NCBI RefSeq assembly: GCF_009914755.1 | Contig: NC_060932.1 | From: the human T2T-CHM13v2.0 reference genome, Homo sapiens | DNA length: 64,000 nucleotides | Direction: 5' to 3' (one strand) | Part shown: piece by piece, positions 15,247 through 28,757 of the stretch | How the letters are laid out: every line of letters begins with the position of its first letter | Position numbering within the stretch: the stretch's first letter is position 1 | Notes under the pieces: model-generated | Told to the model about the DNA's origin: nothing | What the model saw: only the letters and a program-made list of their open reading frames with translations | The model's database searches: none | Program-made: the position numbers and the translations under genes

Positions 15247-17036
15247 ATCGGAAACTCCCAGTCCTCCATTCCAAAAAACAGCCCTCTAGGCTGCCCCATA
15301 AAAAAGCCTGTAAACCTTAGGCCTCAGGCAAGATATCCACCCTAAGCGCCTTATCTTTTTTGCAATACAGCCTGACTGCAGTCTGAATTAGATAACAGGT
15401 CCAAATGGCCTGCAAATAGAACATTCGACTTTACAGTTTTAACTGACTTAAGCAATTATTGCCGACTACTGGAAAAATGGGCAGAAATTCCTTATGTCCA
15501 GGCCGTTTTGCACTCAGATCACAACCCGACCTCTGCAATTCTGGCTTACCTGTTCAAATCCTTCTCCTCCATTCTCACCGCCCTGATTGCCTTTCTCCTT
15601 CCGACCCTAACTCTTTTTCCTCATTCAATTCAGCTGACTGCTGTCCACCACTCCCAGCCCCTACCTCTCCCTCTCAACTGTCTTCTTTAACTCCCCAATC
15701 TTCCTTGTTATCTTCTCAGCTGCCATCTTCCCCGCCATCTTCCCCACCATCTTCCCAGCCGGCATCACTTCCAAAAGTACCCACTCCTTTTCCTACACCG
15801 TCCCCTCCTCAAGACAATTCTAGTATTGCCTGTACCCATTCTCCTCCCCCACCACCCTCTCCTGAAGCCTGTAAACCCATCATGCCACCTTACACCCCTA
15901 TCTATCCTCCATTACCTATCAACTCAACCCCCCTTCCCCCTTCAAACCCTCAGAAGGAACCATTTCCAGCTTCTTCTTTCACTACCGCCTATACTCGCTC
16001 AGGCACCATCGTTGACTCTTACTTCAGTGCTGGTGCTAGAGTGCTCCCTTCAGGAAGTAGCAGAAACTGAAGGTATTGATAGAGTTCATGTTCCCTTCTC
16101 CCTCACTGATCTCTCTCAAATTAACAACAGTCGCAGTTCATTTCCAGAAAACTCTACCTCTTATATTGAGGAGTTTCAGTACCTTACCCAGTCTTATGAA
16201 CTAACCTGGCATGACCTCTACATTATCCTCTCTTCCACCCTCACCTCAGAAGACCAAAACCGTATCTGGACCCCAGTTCAGGAGCATGCTGATACAATTC
16301 ATCACCAAGCTCCTGCCCAGCCTACTGGCACAGAGGCAGTCCCCAACCAGGACCCCCACTAGGATTATCAAGACGGGGCCTCTAGACGCCACCGTCCAGA
16401 CCACAGGATTGTGTGTCTCCTTGCAGGACTCAAAAAAGCTGCCCATAAAGTGGTAAACTATGAAAAACTTTCAGAAATCACCTAAGGTCCTGACGAAAAC
16501 CCAGCCCTTTTTCTCTCTCATGTAACTGAAGGCATGAGAAAGTACACCAACCCAGACCCAGTCAGCCCAGAAAGAACCACTGTTTTAAACCTTCGATTCA
16601 TCTCCCAATCCACCCCTGATATTTGGTGCAAGCTTCAGAAGCTTGATGACGGCCCTCAAACCCCACAACGAGACCTTCTTAATTTAGCCTTCAAAGTCTT
16701 TAACAATTGTGATGAGGAAGTAAAAGGCAAAAACAGGCAGAGTTTCAAATGTTTGCCTCCACCGTTAGAGGCCCTGCAGGTCCCTGAGGCCGCAGCTCCA
16801 CAAAGAAGCCTCCTAGCAATCCACCTCCACCTGGTGCCTGTTTCAAGTGCAGCAATGAAGGCCACTGGTCCAAACAATGCCCAAACCCAGGTAAGCCCAC
16901 CAGCCTGTGCCCCTTCTGTGGAGGACCCCACTGGAAGTCGGACTGTGAGCAGCTCCTGCAAGGACTGCCCCCATCCTTCCCTGAGGTGACCAAAACCTCC
17001 TACTTGGATCTCTTCCACCTTGCCGCTGAAGACTGA
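15247..17036 (+). pseudogene. gag: ERV gag, disrupted
   Basis: Start degraded to ATC-GNSQSSIPKNSPLGC, Pro-rich region, RVHVPFSLTDL capsid start, MHR-like (*)GPDENPALF, two zinc knuckles (CFKCSNEGHWSKQC at about 16839 and a frameshifted C..CGGPHWKSDC), ending ED-TGA. Multiple stops and frameshifts. Confidence 0.9.
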
Positions 17037-20000
17037 TGGTGCCCTGGAATGGATGCCCCAGCAACTACCATTGCTTCATTCAAGCCAAAGGTAACCCTGA
17101 TAGTGACAGGTAGGCCAGTATGTTTTTTAATTAATATCAAGGCCACCTACTCTGCTTTACCTAATTTTTCAGGACCCACCCAGTCCTCTCATGTCTCTGT
17201 TGTAGGAATTGATGGACAAATCTCCAAACCCCGAGTCCCCCTCCACTCTTCTGCTCCCTGCACACCTTTTCCTTCACTCACTCTTTCTTAGTCCTGCCCT
17301 CATGCCCAGGTCCGCTCCTAGGCAGAGCCATCCTTTCAAAACTCCATACTACTCTCCACTTCCATGTTCCCCATAGTACCCAACGCATCAACCCAGATCC
17401 CTCCAAGGCTTCTAACTTTCTTCTACTCCTTCGACCTCCCACCCTAAAACATGCAACTTTTCCTTATCCCCCATCCATAGTTAACCCCACTGTTTAAGAT
17501 ACTTCCACACTCTCAGTCGCAAAACACCACACCCTCATTCGCATTACCCTTAAAAGCCCCACCCAGTTCCTATCACAGAAGCAGTATCCCATCCCCCAAG
17601 CAGCTCTCACAGGCCTAAAGCCTATCATTTCTGGCCTCCTCGCCAGTCACCTACTCCGCCCAACAGACTCCACTTTTAACACACCAATTCTACCCGTTAA
17701 AAAGCCAGATGGAACTTAATGCTTAGTCCAGGACCTCAGGCTCATTAACCAAGCTGTACTCCCAGTATGTCCAGCAGTTCCTCACCCATACACTTGACTT
17801 TCTGCAATTCCCTCCAGTACCACCCATTTTTCTGTTCTAAATCTAAAGGATGCTTTTTTCACAATTCCTTTACACCCTGATTCTCAAAACTTATTTGCCT
17901 TTACGTAGGAAGATCCTGACACCCACCTTTCACGCCAGCTCACCTGGTGTGTACTACCTCAAAGTTTCAGAAACAGCCCCCACCTTTTAGACAGGCCCTT
18001 GCTCACGACCTCTGTACCTTATCTCTAAAACTGTCCATTCTCCTTCAATGTGTTAATGTTCTGCTCCTATGTAGCCCCTCTCAAGGAGAGTGCAATGTCC
18101 ATGCTATCTCTCTCTTTTAAACTTCCTGGCAGAACAGAGGTACTGAGTCTCCCCTAAGAAAGCACAAATATGCACCCCCTCAGTCACCTATCTAGGCCTA
18201 GCTCTTACCCCGTGAACCCAAAGTCTCACAACTGACCACATATCCTTCCTCCAGTCCCTCCCGCCTCCACAAACTAAGCAAGATATTCTCTCTTTTCTAG
18301 GACTAGTAAGATATTTTAGGCTCAAAGTTCCCTCCTTTGCTCTCTTGCCAAACCATTATACCATGCTACTAAAGGCCGTCTCCATGAGCCTTTAAACCCT
18401 GCACAGGCTATTACCCAACCTTTCCATCTACTCCAAAAGGCTCTCATCTCAGCCCACGTCCTCATTCTCCCATACCTCACCAAACCTTTCTCCTTTATAC
18501 TGATGAATGCGTGGAGTTGCACTGGGTGTTCTAACCCAGTCAAAGAGAACCACCCTCCAGGTTATTGCCTACCTCTCTAAACAGCTTGAAGCCACAGTTC
18601 TTGGATGGCCTGCCTGTCTCCAGGCATTGGCGGTAGCTACTGTACTCACCCTTGAAAGCCTAAAATTATCTCTCCATGCCAACCTAACAGTTTATTCAAC
18701 CCATAACATCAAAGACATGCTAGCTCGCCACAGTGTACTAAGTCTCATCTCTGCCCCACATTTCCTCCAACTGTATGCTCTATTCATAGAAACCCCTCAA
18801 ATCACCTCAAATCACCATGCTAACCAGCTCCTGTCTAAACCTGGCCACACTCTTACCTGAAGCTACAACTGCCCAAAACCCTACACACTGCTGTGTAAAC
18901 ATTTTTCAAACCTTTCTTATACCTTTTCCAAACCTAACAGACCAACCCCTTCCAGATGCCTCCTTTACTTGGTTTGTAGATTGCAAATCCTTCCTACATC
19001 AAGGGCTCCGGCATGCTGGCTATGCTATAGTGTCACTGCCCCCCCGCACACTATTGAAGCGAATCTGCTCCTCCCAGGCGCCACCTCCCGAAAAGCTGAA
19101 CTCATCGCCCTCACTCGAGCTCTCACTCTAGCAGTCAGGCAACAGATCAACATATATTCAAATTCTCGTTATGCGTTCCACATAGTGCACTCATACTCGA
19201 TTCATCTGGAAAGATCGAGGTTTCCCAACTGCAAAAAACACTCCCGTCATAAATGGCTCTCTCATCAGCAAGCTCCTTTAAGCTGCCAGGCTACCACAGA
19301 AAGTTGCCATCATTTATTGCAGCGGCCACCAAACCCCGGACAATCCTATATCAGCTGGAAATGCTTTAGCAGATCAGGTAGCCAAACAAGTAGCCCTACA
19401 ACCCGTGCAAGGCCAGTTTCTGTCCCTGTCGTTATTCTCTCCTCTTTACTCCTCAGAAGAAAAGGAGGACTTCCAGGCCCAGAACCTTCAAAGGCAAGGA
19501 CCATGGTACATCAAGGAAGGGTGCTTTGTTCTTCCTCACTCTCAAAGCCTTCCTCACCTCCAAAGCCTCCACAGCTCTTGCCATGTTGGTTACAAACCTC
19601 TCTTGCAATTTATCTGCCCTATTCTCACTTGTGTTCGAGAAATTACCCAGGCCTGCTCTATCTGCCACTCAGTTTCACCCCAGGGCTCCCTCCGGTCACT
19701 GCCTTTTCCTACCCACCAAGCTGGAGGCCAGATACCTGGGCAAGATTGGCAAGTAGACTTCACTCACATGCTGCCCAATAAACAGCTCTGCTATCTTCTA
19801 GTCTCTGTACTTTCTCCAGGTAAGTAGAAGCATTCCCAACAACTTCAGAAGGTGCAAATGCCATCACACAAACCCTTATCATGCATATAATTCCCCATTT
19901 CAGACTCCCAACATCCATTCAGTCAATAACAGGCCTGCCTTCATCAGCCAAGTTACCCAAGGCATCTCTACATCCTTAAAAATAAAGTAGGATCCCCACA

Positions 20001-20360
20001 CACCCTACAGGCCTCAATCTTCAGGCAAAGTTGAAAAAATTAACTCTGTCCTTAAAACCCAACTTTCTAACCTGGGTCTATAAACCTGTCAATCATGGAC
20101 AAAAAATCTCCCTTTTGCCCTTATAAGACTCCACACAAAACCAAAGGCACCCTCTTTTTATAGTCCCTTTGAAATCATGTATGGCTGAACCTTTTTCTTG
20201 GGGCCTCCACCCTTACCAGACTCTGAGCCACTCAGCAATTACCTCCCCTCCTTAATCCAGACATGGTCTTTCATTCATGAAGCAGCGAATGAGGCCATGC
20301 CTCTCCCTGTTGACACCTCCTTGTCCTCTCAACATAACTGTTTTGCAGGCACAGGCGTGA
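17037..20360 (+). pseudogene. pol: ERV pro-pol (protease, RT, RNase H, integrase), disrupted
   Basis: Protease FLINIKATYS (degraded LDTGA). RT PVKKPDGT, LVQDLRLIN, LKDAFFTIPL, LPQSFRNSP, with YVDD degraded to CVNV at about 18049. RNase H WFVD and KAELIALTRAL. Integrase CSICHS and PGQDWQVDFTHM. Confidence 0.92.
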
Positions 20361-20495
20361 TTCCAGACAATCCAGATGATGCTCCTGCTACAACGACACG
20401 GTGGATACCAACCCGTCTCTCAAGAATACCCAAAAAATGAAAGTTTTTCTTTTTCTAAGGTGCCCATGCCACCCGCTATGTCACGCCTGCATTAG
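20361..20495 (+). pseudogene. env: Remnant of the env cytoplasmic tail
   Basis: FQTIQMMLLLQRHGGYQPVSQE, a gamma-type TM tail with a YxxV motif, immediately before the 3' LTR. SU and most of TM are missing. Confidence 0.6.
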
Positions 20496-20544
20496 TTATT
20501 GAGAAAGTCGTCCCTTTTCCCTTTTTTCTATAACCAAATAGGAA

Positions 20545-20935
20545 CGTAAGATCCTCCTCCACAGGGCCTGAAAGCTTAAGGAGATGAATAACTCCTCCCT
20601 TCGCAGGCCCAGTCCCAAGACACAAGGCCACTTGGCGCCAGCAGGGTGCATCAGCAAGAGAGCAGAAGCAGGAAGAGAGCTGGCCGGAAGACACGCACCC
20701 CTGAAGATCGAGAAAGAGGCCATCCAGGTACAACCTAGCAGTTACGTCAGGCGAGAACACTTCCTGTTTACAGGAGACTAAAAAACCTTTGTCCCATCCT
20801 CACTTAGGGCTGACGCCATTTTAGGCCTCAGCCTGCCTGCACCCAGGCACTCATTAAAACGGTATATTGCTCCACACCACCTTGTGTTGTCTGTTGGCAT
20901 GCTCTTGGGGTTTGAACCGATACAAGAACCTTACA
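20545..20935 (+). mobile_element. 3' LTR (MER48-like)
   Basis: Direct repeat of the 5' LTR, ending aagaaccttaca. Confidence 0.92.
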
Positions 20936-21005
20936 GTGTGTATATACATATATATGCATATACGTGTGTGTTTATATATACATCTGTGTGTATATATACG
21001 TATGA

Positions 21006-21046
<41 letters not shown>
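20936..21046. repeat. (TA)/(TG)/(CA) compound microsatellite, the other half lying at about 14380-14441
   Basis: Alternating purine-pyrimidine tract split by the provirus. Confidence 0.9.
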
Positions 21047-21047
<1 letters not shown>

Positions 21048-21199
21048 CCAAAAACCTCCATGTGACCTTGGGGAGACCTCCCCTGCTTCTATATAGTCAG
21101 CATTATGAGAACAATGGAAGAGGGACCTCCAGGGCTCTGTGTTCTCATGGGCAATCTCTACTCTTCCTCCTCACTCATACTCAGAGCCACAAGTACCAG

Positions 21200-21770
21200 A
21201 GTCTTATGATGAACTTTATTGCCATTGAAGCCATTTGCCAGCATAAACTCTACAAACCTAGTTAACTCTGCATCCCTTGGATTCTCGCTCCCATGTGGTT
21301 CTGTGTGTTTTTAAAGTGACCAGTCTTCCATTCACCACAAACCTCCTAAACATTTCCACTCTACTTTTAGGACACCAGTACATTATCTGACATCTCAACA
21401 TCATTCCTTGTGTTTTGTTGCCCTTCTTGCTCTAACTGGAACCTGGCTCACCGTGGAGATTGCTACTTCTCCTGAAATTTTCTCGAAACCATGATTATTT
21501 ACTTCTCCACACCTTTCATGCAACTCAAGGAGTTTCCCTTTTTACTGCCGTTGCCAAAGCTTCAATTCAACCCCCTCCTTTGATTTAACCTCATTGGAAC
21601 TCATGGAAGCAGGCAGTACCACACTAACACTTTAGTGTGAATCACCTTACAAACCCCAAAGTTCTTATTTATAAGGGATTGTAGTACCTGACTCATTGCT
21701 ATTCTCACTAATATTCTAACTATTTTAATTTCTGGTCAGTGTAATATCCACATAGATTATATTTCCAATA
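21200..21770. mobile_element. L2 ORF2-region fragment
   Basis: ccttcttgctctaactggaacctggctcac ... aatatccacatagat, a degenerate L2 endonuclease-like region. Continues at about 23290. Confidence 0.5.
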
Positions 21771-21771
21771 A

Positions 21772-22650
21772 TTAAATTAGATTTATTAAGGTATAATTCA
21801 CACACATGAGTGTACAGCTCATAAGTTTTGACAAATGCAGTCAGTCCTGCCCACCACCACAATCAAGATATTAAAAATGTTCATCAGCCTAGAAGATCCA
21901 TTTTTCTCCTATGTGGTGAAGCCCTCCATTAACCATTAGGCTCTGGTAACCACTGATCTTTTTTATTTTTTCTATCCTTGTGACTTTTTTCTTTTCCAGA
22001 TTGTCATATAAAGAAATCATATATAATGTAAATGTTGGCTTTTTTCACCTAGTATAATGTATTTGAGATTCTTCCATGCTGTTCTGTGTAACAATATGTC
22101 ATCTTTTATTACTTGTTAGCATTCCATTGTATGGATGTACCACTATTTGTTTACCCATTGACAAATTGAAAGATATTTGAAGTTTCACAACTTTGGTGAT
22201 TATGTTTTTGTGTGAATCTAAGTATTCATTTCTCTAGTACAAATATCTAGAAGTAGAAGCACTAGATCATATAGTAAATGTATGTTTAAATTTGTAAGAA
22301 AATGCCAAACTCTTTTCCAAATTAGCTGTATCATTTTGTGTTCCTACCAGCAACGTGTGTGAATTCCAGTCACTCTGCACCTTCTCCAGCAATAGGTACA
22401 TTCAGGTTTTTTGTTTTTAAGTCTTTCTTATAGGCATGAAATTTTATTTTACTGCACATTTACCCTCGACTAATGATGTTGACCATTTTTTCATATGCTT
22501 ATTTGCTATTTTTACATCTCTTTCAGTGAAATGTCTGTTCAAGTCTTTTGTCCACTTTTTAAATAGATCTCTTATTTACTTATTATTGAGTTTTGAGTCT
22601 TAGTTGTATATTGTGGATGCACATGTTTAATCAGATATGTTTTACAAACA
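21772..22650 (-). mobile_element. L1M (L1MB/MC-like) 3' end
   Basis: taaggtataattcaca ... ttccattgtatggatgtaccac ... aatgatgttgaccattttttcatatgcttatttgc, antisense L1 3' UTR and ORF2 end. Confidence 0.85.
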
Positions 22651-22651
22651 T

Positions 22652-22964
22652 TTTCTTTTTTTCCTTTTTTTGAGAGAGAGTCTTGCTCTTTTGCCCAGAC
22701 TGCAGCATAATGGTGCCATCTTGGTTCACTAAGGCCTCTGCCTCCTGAGTTCAAATGATTCTCCTGCCTCAGCCTCCTGAGTAGCTGGGATTACAAGGTG
22801 AGTACCACCATGCCCAGTTAATTTTTTTCTTTTTTTATATTTTTGGTAGAGACAAAGTTTTACTATGTTAGCCAGGCTCGTCTTGAACTCCTGGCCTCAA
22901 GTGATCCACCTGCCTCAGCCTCCCAATGTGCTGGGATTACAGGCGTGAGCCACCTCACCTGGCT
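22652..22964 (-). mobile_element. AluS
   Basis: T-rich tail followed by a full antisense Alu. Confidence 0.93.
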
Positions 22965-23289
22965 TTCAGATAATGCACTTTTTAGTATCTAGGAGTTCAA
23001 TTTGGATCCTCTTTATATGTTTCAGTAGCTTCCAAAACATGTTTATATTTTCTCCAGATTCTTAGACATATAGAATATATTCATATCAGGTGTTTTAACA
23101 TCTATGAATTATATTATCTGTGTGATTTTTTTTTGGTCTGATGATATTGATTGCTTTTTCTCCTAATAATGGCCCCATTTTACTTGTTCCTCTGATAATT
23201 TTGTATTGGATTTCAGACATTGTGAATTTATCATATTTGGGTATTAATTATCTATTTTGTTTCTTATTTATTTAAATAATTTTGAACTT

Positions 23290-25275
23290 CAGTGATGGTA
23301 TATAACTCCTATATCAAGGAAAAACACCCAAAATAATACTCTAGAACTCACTGCAATATTTGCATACTCTTTATAATCTGATTTCCAAGTTTTTCATTTT
23401 CTATCACCTCTTATTCTAACTTATTTTTTACTGACACCCAATTCCAGCAATGTATTTGTCCACCAGAAATCTACATTTCATTGATCTTGCCACATCATTA
23501 TTGCTTCTTACACTACTCATGACCTTACATGATGTTTATTTCCATTTAGAGTCCATGGCCCATCATTGTTATAGTTCATTTAAATCAAATTTCCACATAC
23601 TACCCTCTCTTCCCTCACCAAATGAATCTCTTATCCTAGTGAAATGAACGTTCTGGCATTATCCTGTTTCAGCAGCCCCATATTAAAGCATGGCTGGAGA
23701 AAAATGAAGCAAGCTATGGTTTCATGGTAACTCTATGATTCAAAGATACCCAATCTCAAATTGACTATTAATACTGCTGTCAATTCTTCATTATTTCATC
23801 AGTCCATTCAATCTTTTGATCTCCAGGATGGTTATCTTATGATTCATCCTCTCGCCTAAAATTTCCAAAACCTCACTTACTGCTTTTATTTTCACTCTTA
23901 TCTAATATGCTTCTACCTATCATATTGAGAAAACAGAAACAATTATAAGACAACATCCACATGCTTTCACTACCACATTGATTTATCTACTTTCTTTCCT
24001 TCTCCAATGCTGGAGTGACCCATCCTCAGACTTCCTCAATTCTCTACCATACTTACTCCTAGGAGATTTCTTTTATTCATATGAACTTAAATACTGTATG
24101 TATGCTGAGAAATCTCAAATTTGTAGCATATATATACATAGTCCAAATTTTACTCCCAACTGTAAACTCATAGTCCAACTACCATCTAAAGATCTCTAGT
24201 TTATATGTTCCCCCAAACTCTAGACTTATTAATCAAATTACTCACTTGACCTTACTACACAACCACCTTCAAGACATCTCTACTTAACATATTAAAAAAA
24301 TATATCTTGCTTTTCCTACTTCAATCTGCTCCTTCAGTCTTCTCTATCTCAGTTCATTACACAACTAATCACCCATTTTTTGCCTCTTCTTTCCACTCAC
24401 TGCTAATCTATCAAAAAATCCCATTGGACCTACCATTGAAATGAATCTGAGTATATTCATTATTCTCATTTCCTCCCCTGTCACCATCCTGACTGCACTG
24501 TTATTTCTTACTTTAAATGTACTAGCTCTTTAACCTCCCTGCTGGTCTCTCTTGCCATCCTGTCCTCTAGTGTATGTTCAACAGAGCAGCCAGAGTAGGA
24601 ACCCTATAAATCTTAAATCAGATTATGCTACTTTTTTCTGAAAATTCTCTTACATTTTCTCATCTCAGCCGACACTTTTGTAGCTGTCTGCAAAGCACCC
24701 CCATGATCTGATGCCTGTGATTCTCCTCCACCCAATTTCCATGACTCACTCTCTCAATCACTGTACTCCAGTTGCAATGGCCTCCTCACTGCTTCTCAAA
24801 CACACTTAGCATGCATCCTCCTTAGTGTCTTTACACACTATGGTATTGGTTTTGTATTTTCTGGGTTTACGTTCTTCTTTACTTTAAGTCTCTAATCAAA
24901 CACAGCCTACTTGCTGAGGCCTTTGCTGAGTATTCTATATGATACAGTGACCCATCCCCCTTACTCTCTACTCCCTTTTGCCTGGCTCCATTTTATATTC
25001 CTCTTGGAATTTTATCACAATGTATATACACAAATGCATCTATAAACATATACATATTATCACAATATGTATACATAAATGCATCTACAAACGTATAATT
25101 ATAGGTTTGTGGTACATCCCCTTCCATAGAATATAAGCTCCTTCAAGACAACGTTATGTGTTATATGCTATGATTATATCTGAAGTATCAAAATCTAGAA
25201 GAAAATTAAAACATGAAATAGTGTAGTCACTCTATAAATATTAAATAATTATTCTTGTAAGAATGAGTAAACAAA
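23290..25275. mobile_element. Long degenerate L2
   Basis: catggctggagaaaaatga; ctactcacttgac...; acagagcagccagagt; cttaaatcagattatg; tagaatataagctccttcaaga, ending in an L2-type tail. Confidence 0.7.
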
Positions 25276-25364
25276 TAAATTTATTGTCTCTGAGTCAGAG
25301 CTTAGCAGTGAAGACGGACATTATATTTTCATAAACCTCCACACAAACATTTTAATGATTGAAA

Positions 25365-25636
25365 TTTTTTTATTGAGATGGAGTCTCACTCTGTCGCCTA
25401 GGCTGGTGTGCAGTGGAACCACTGCCTCCCGGGTTCAAGCGATTCCCCTGCCTCAGCCTCCCAAGTAGCTGGAATTACAGGCACCCGACACCATACCCAG
25501 CTAATTTTTATATTTTTAGTAGAGATGGGGTTTCATCATGTTGGACAGGCTGGTCTCAAACTCCTGACATCAAGTGATCCTCCCACTTCAGCCTCCCAAA
25601 GTGCTGGGATTACATGTGTGAGCCCCCATGCCTGGC
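25365..25636 (-). mobile_element. AluS with a deletion of about 20 bp in the right monomer
   Basis: gcagtgg joins directly to aaccactgcctcccggg. Confidence 0.93.
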
Positions 25637-28520
25637 AATTTGTTGCTATACGGTAGTCCTGAAGATGAAAAACATATAAAATTCAAACATCAGTTAAGGC
25701 TATATTTAACAAAATGTCTTAAGTGTAAATAATAGAATTTTCCAAAATAATTTGTAGAAGCAATTTTTTGTGTATGTTTATATATTATGGTGAACACTTA
25801 AAACTTTTTATCTCTGCTATTGATTGACATAACCGCTAGCTTAAGCAAACAAATTTGAGGAGTAAACTTTTTGCCAGAATCGTAATTATTTTGCTCTTTT
25901 CGATCACTGTTGCAGACCTCCAGCTCCTTCAAATTCTGCTCTAGTAGTCTCAGAGTCTTCCGTATGTGTCATTTTCTCAGGTGGCCTTCCCTGCCAGCAC
26001 TCAGGGGCTTGTCCCTCAATCATGGATTAAGAGACAAACATATAAATAGCAAAAAAAGAAAAAAGAAAAGTTTGATAGTTAATCCAGCTAGCAGCACATA
26101 ATAAATACACTCTATGAGTCACATCCTAATGTAGACAAATATGTCCTTTTGGTACTCGAGGCACAGACAGTGAAAGAGATAAGGTAGAGCAGGGAAAAGG
26201 ACACTGGCAAATGCCATGAAATAGTTAAAAGTCTGCCCAGCTCTGCAATTCAGACTTTGAGAATTCCTCCAGCTGCATCCAAAATGAAGTGCCACTTTGT
26301 GATGTCATTCGGTTTCCAAATTAGATCAACCGCTGAGAGGGAAGAGGTCAATGACAATAAGATGTCTCGGGGGGAAAGGAGAAGGGGTGAAATGCTCATC
26401 TCAAAGAAAGAGAAGAGAGCAAGATTATGAAAGTAGGGTAATATGTATTCTGGGCAGCTCAGAGAGCTATTAGAAGTATGAAATCATAAAATTAAACCAA
26501 ATTCAATCTTCCAGGCTGTGTGATTTTCTCCAGTGAGGTTCAGTTATTCTGCTACAAGCACACAGAGGTTCATTTTATCTAGAAATATTTTCTTGTGTGT
26601 GAAGAAAGAAGAAAGGGGCAAATGGATTGAAGTAGCACATGTGAGAGTATTCTGAATGGTAAACCTGAGATTCAAACAGAACAAGAAGATAAGTAAAGGC
26701 AGAAGTGAGAAAGCCATGGTATTTATGGATAGGTCCAAGTACAGCTAGAGCTACAGTCCTTGAGCAAGGAAAATGAAAGTATAATTCTCATTACATATTT
26801 TTAGTATGGTCTGCTTGTGAAAATGGTATCCTTTTGAGTAGTTATGACAATCAAAATACTATTGTATACAATATAAAAGAAGAAAAGTACCCAGTTCCAC
26901 TTGATAGCAAAGCAATGCTAGAGTCTTGCTATTTTCTGAATGGGTTGACAGCACCTTAATCCGCTTCATTCTGCTGCTGGCCTCGAATCCTGTGGAGCTA
27001 ATGGACCAGTCTTTCCTCTCAATACTTAATGTTGACTTGACATCACCTCAGCTACCACTGGGGCCAGACACCTCCTGTGACCTATTTTACCCAAAATCTC
27101 AGCACAGTATACAGTTGGGAAAAAGCATTCCGATTTCCAGGCAACAATTATATGTTGAACTTAATGTCAGGAATAGATATGTCACAGAAATAGATAATAT
27201 CACAGGAATAGATAATGGCAGATATATATATATATATATATGAATTATATATATATTCATTGTGTGAATATATTTATTCAAACTAAACAGATATTACATA
27301 TCTGTACATATTATACAGTAACTTACATGTAGTAGGCATTCAAAAATATTTTATAGACAACACAATGAAGGGATGTGATTTTATTTACCAATAGTGAGGG
27401 ATTGTTATTTGTTGCTTTCTCACTAGGGTACATGTGGGACTCAATGTTAATAACCGTATTTCTTTTCAAAAAAAGATAATATTATAAAAGCATAGTAGCT
27501 GCTGTCACCTTTGTGTTCCGTTTCTTTACAATTAATTATAAATACAGTTTGGATCTCTGCAGGTTAGAATGAATGACAAAATCCATTCTAATCAATAGCT
27601 CAGTGATATAATATTTAAGCTCACTACTAGACACTCTAAAGCCTAGAAATAAAATATCCTAACAGAATAGGTGGTACTATATAATCCTCATCCTGGGATT
27701 CATGACATCTACCTCTCAGAGAGGACAGCTGGTGGGTAGAAAATGGAAGTATTTCAACAGCAGGTTTGTCAAATGATAAGTCAGCATTATTTACTTTAAA
27801 ACATGCACTAAGAACACAGCCACTGAGAATTGTCGATGAATAGTTCATTAGTATGCAAAAGAGATTGTCAACAATTTGCTAATATTTTAATGAAAGACTA
27901 TACAGCAAATAATTATAGGGACAGACTCATCCAAGAATATTTTATCTGCAGGTTGAAAAGTTAGCATTCAACAATGAGACTTGCCTGGAGACTGGAGAAA
28001 AAAGATTGAAGAAAACAAGAGGGATTAGCATGTTTGCTGGACATGAAAAGTAGGGGATATGTGAATATTTTTATGAAGAATGAGAGAAATGCATTATATA
28101 TTGATTTTAGTATTGCTACAATGAAAGAAACTAATAGTTTTTAAAAAACAAATTTAGATAATACAAACTATGACTATCCTTTCTGTGTAAAGCTAAAGAA
28201 ACAGTGTTATCATTTCACTACAAACTCAGTTCTGATTTTGGCCATAGTGTATGTTCTTGTGTCTATATCACTGGTTTCCAGAGTGTGTTCCAAGCAACAT
28301 TCTTATCAACAGAGGGAATGGTCAACATGTTGAAGTATCTGCGTATTTTAATCCTCACTGGGTATTTAGGATGCATCTAAAAGGCTCTAAGATTTTCTGC
28401 AGTAAACATATCAATTAACGAAACATACCAATCCTCATCTTAGTTGACAGTATGTTTACATATGTATCTATTTATTCACCTATTCATTTATTTATTTTTT
28501 AACATCTTTCTACATGTGTA

Positions 28521-28757
28521 TGTGAGGGTTAAGTTTAGGTGTCAACTTGACTGGATTACTGGATACCCACATAGCTGAGACAGCATTATTTCTGGGTATA
28601 TCTGTGAAGGTGTTTCTTGCACAGATGGACATTTGAATCTGTGGCCTGAATAAGGGAGCTCTACCCTTACCCAATGTTGTTGGGCACAATCCAATCAGCT
28701 AAAGACCAGGATAAAAGAAAAAGACAGAGAAAAGATGAACTTTTATTTTCTTCTTTT
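28521..28757 (+). mobile_element. MLT2-type LTR 5' half (left arm of an inverted duplication)
   Basis: tgtgagggttaagtttaggtgtcaacttgactggatta .... No 3' half follows. Confidence 0.88.

Larger units (their letters stand above)
14442..20935 (+). mobile_element. Gamma-like endogenous retrovirus, HERVH48/HERV-Fb (MER48 LTRs), env deleted
   Basis: Two roughly 93%-identical LTRs, 5-bp TSD gtgtg (14437-14441 and 20936-20940; it lies in a TG repeat, so it is weak evidence alone), Phe PBS, decayed gag-pro-pol in the correct order. The provirus call is firm; the family name is from recall. Confidence 0.9.

Noticed and set aside
15459-19827. Long ORFs (203, 178, 151, 270, 140 aa) as functional genes
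   Set aside because: They are frame-hopping fragments of decayed gag/pol. The protease and RT catalytic motifs are destroyed.
25012-25096. Short two-copy tandems here, at 27168-27218 and at 42937-42988
   Set aside because: Ordinary slippage duplications of 18-45 bp with no further structure.
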